This document shows, piece after piece, positions 54,583-55,877 of a stretch of DNA of 55,877 bases. The position numbers were made by a program, and so were the translations under genes. Source of the stretch: a virus (taxonomy: Duplodnaviria > Caudoviricetes); IMG/VR virus record IMGVR_UViG_3300037510_000220, positions 1 to 55,877 of that record; one strand, 5' to 3'. Each line of letters opens with the position of its first letter. Position 1 is the stretch's first letter. The notes beneath the pieces were generated by a model. The model worked only from the letters and a program-made list of their open reading frames with translations, was not told where the DNA came from and searched no databases.

Positions 54583-54585
54583 GCC

Positions 54586-54810
54586 ATGGCTACTTTCACC
54601 GTAACCGGGCGCGGCGCCTTCCCCATCGACATGCTGCGCTTCGACGAATGCTGGCCGGTTCGCCAAGGCGAAGATGTCGGCGCCATCGTGCAATCCATCG
54701 AGAACGCCAGCGGCAAGTGGCAGGTGCGCTTGCGCAGCGACAAGCACACCGCTCCTACCGTCAAGCGGTGGGAGTCGTTCTGCTGCACCGTGGAAATTGC
54801 CGAAACCTGA
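54586..54810 (+). CDS. Hypothetical phage protein
   Basis: FTVTGRGAFPIDMLRFDECWP..PT..RWESF. Confidence 0.75.
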   Translation: MATFTVTGRGAFPIDMLRFDECWPVRQGEDVGAIVQSIENASGKWQVRLRSDKHTAPTVKRWESFCCTVEIAET

Positions 54811-54855
54811 ATTTCACCCCGCTCCAAAAAGGAGCAAACCACAAGGAGCATCACC

Positions 54856-55248
54856 ATGAAACAAAAGCTGTTGACGTTCTCGAAAGACATCCGCCAGGGC
54901 GACGTCCTGCTGCGCCCGGTTGGCAAGCTGCCGATGGGCTGCAAGCCCGAAGTGCTCGGTAGCCGCATCGTGCTGGCGCACGGCGAGGTCACCGGTCACG
55001 CCCACGCGATCTATGACCACCTGCCGGCCACCATGGCCCCCGGTGCCGCTGACGAGATCGCTGAAGCCGCCATCGCGCGCGCCCGCCTCTGGATTTCCCC
55101 CAGCGGCGACCGCTTCCTCGAAGTCACCGAGCCGGTGACGCTGCGTCACGAGGAGCACACCGAGCACACGATCCCGGCGGGCATCTTCGAACTGCCCGTG
55201 CAGGTCGAGTACACCGAAGCGCAAGCCGTTCGCGCCGTCGCCGACTGA
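54856..55248 (+). CDS. His-motif protein preceding the DUF6745-like gene
   Basis: RQGDVLL..LAHGEVTGHAH..LRHEEH..Q.EY..R.VAD. Confidence 0.85.
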   Translation: MKQKLLTFSKDIRQGDVLLRPVGKLPMGCKPEVLGSRIVLAHGEVTGHAHAIYDHLPATMAPGAADEIAEAAIARARLWISPSGDRFLEVTEPVTLRHEEHTEHTIPAGIFELPVQVEYTEAQAVRAVAD

Positions 55249-55295
55249 TCAACGCGCCTGGCCCGCAAGGGCTGGGCAACCCTGCTGAGGAACCC

Positions 55296-55877
55296 ATGAA
55301 AATCACGAAGATCACGCCGGAGCAGACTGCCCGGTTCGAAGAATGGACCCGCAAGTGGGTCGAAATCGGCCTGTCCACCGAGCCGGCGAATTTCGAGGCA
55401 GCCACCGCAGCGGCCCTGAAGGCATACGAAGTCGCCAATCTCGGCAAGCCCATGATCGTCCTGCGCATGGGCAGTCCCTACGGAGCGTCACTGGGCGGAA
55501 TTCTGGCGTGGGCCCTATTGCGCGAAGCGCTGAAAACAGACCCCAAAAAACTTGCGGCCGTGCGGTCGCAGGTGGAGTCGCAGGTGCGGTCGCAGGTGTG
55601 GTCGCAGGTGTGGTCGCAGGTGTGGTCGCAGGTGGAGTCGCAGGTGGGGTCGCAGGTGGGGTCGCAGGTGTGGTCGCAGGTGGAGTCGCAGGTGTGGTCG
55701 CAGGTGCGGTCGCAGGTGCGGTCGCAGGTGTGGTCGCAGGTGGGGTCGCAGGTGCGGTCGCAGGTGCGGTCGCAGGTGGAGTCGCAGGTGCGGTCGCAGG
55801 TGGAGTCGCAGGTGGGGTCGCAGGTGGGGTCGCAGGTGGGGTCGCGGGGGGGGTCGCGGGGGGGGTCGCTGGTGGGG
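55296..55877 (+). CDS. N-terminal part of DUF6745-like repeat protein (continues at position 1)
   Basis: GAGGA RBS; MKITKITPEQTARFEEWTRKWVEIGLSTEPA then SQVx repeats. Confidence 0.85.
   Translation, partial: MKITKITPEQTARFEEWTRKWVEIGLSTEPANFEAATAAALKAYEVANLGKPMIVLRMGSPYGASLGGILAWALLREALKTDPKKLAAVRSQVESQVRSQVWSQVWSQVWSQVESQVGSQVGSQVWSQVESQVWSQVRSQVRSQVWSQVGSQVRSQVRSQVESQVRSQVESQVGSQVGSQVGSRGGSRGGSLVG
55565..55877 (+). repeat. 12-bp tandem repeat, 23 clean units then degraded end
   Basis: Directly visible. Confidence 0.97.

Larger units (their letters stand above)
1..55877. mobile_element. Complete temperate phage genome (P22-like podovirus structural module, lambdoid immunity region), circularly permuted
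   Basis: Integrase, cI/cro, terminase, portal, P22-type coat and lysis genes are all present with no host housekeeping genes; repeat units at 55781-55840 match 1-60. Confidence 0.95.

Noticed and set aside
55841-55877. G-rich divergent repeat units or G-quadruplex
   Set aside because: Contig end overlapping positions 61-97; most likely low-quality read tail

Overview
This window is an apparently complete, circularly permuted temperate phage genome of about 55.8 kb, GC-rich and probably from a proteobacterial host (inference). The contig is broken inside a 12-bp tandem repeat, and positions ~55781-55840 overlap 1-60. The + strand carries the early-left/recombination arm: a DUF6745-like repeat protein, RecT, YqaJ exonuclease, NinB, SPFH, a J-domain protein, a C5 DNA methyltransferase, many small hypotheticals and an excisionase. 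It continues past a convergent tyrosine integrase to a candidate attP, a parS palindrome, a GIY-YIG gene, a ~840-nt structured non-coding region and 10 tRNA genes. The - strand carries a lambdoid cro/cII region (cI is on +), an N4/N6 methyltransferase, helicase/primase, terminase, a P22-like podovirus virion module (portal, scaffold, coat, gp4, gp10, ejection proteins, tail fibre) and a lysis cassette (GH19 endolysin, spanins). The most unusual signals are non-coding: (i) two tRNA-like scaffolds whose anticodon arm is replaced by a long insert, one enclosing a whole Arg-rich ORF; (ii) an array of stem-closed RNA modules ahead of the tRNA cluster; (iii) two co-linear ~230-nt elements near the primase and terminase genes; (iv) a parS site next to attP with no phage ParA/ParB; (v) an EcoHK31I-beta-like protein overprinted inside the C5 methyltransferase gene. 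All assignments come from motif recognition by eye, and no database searches were run.
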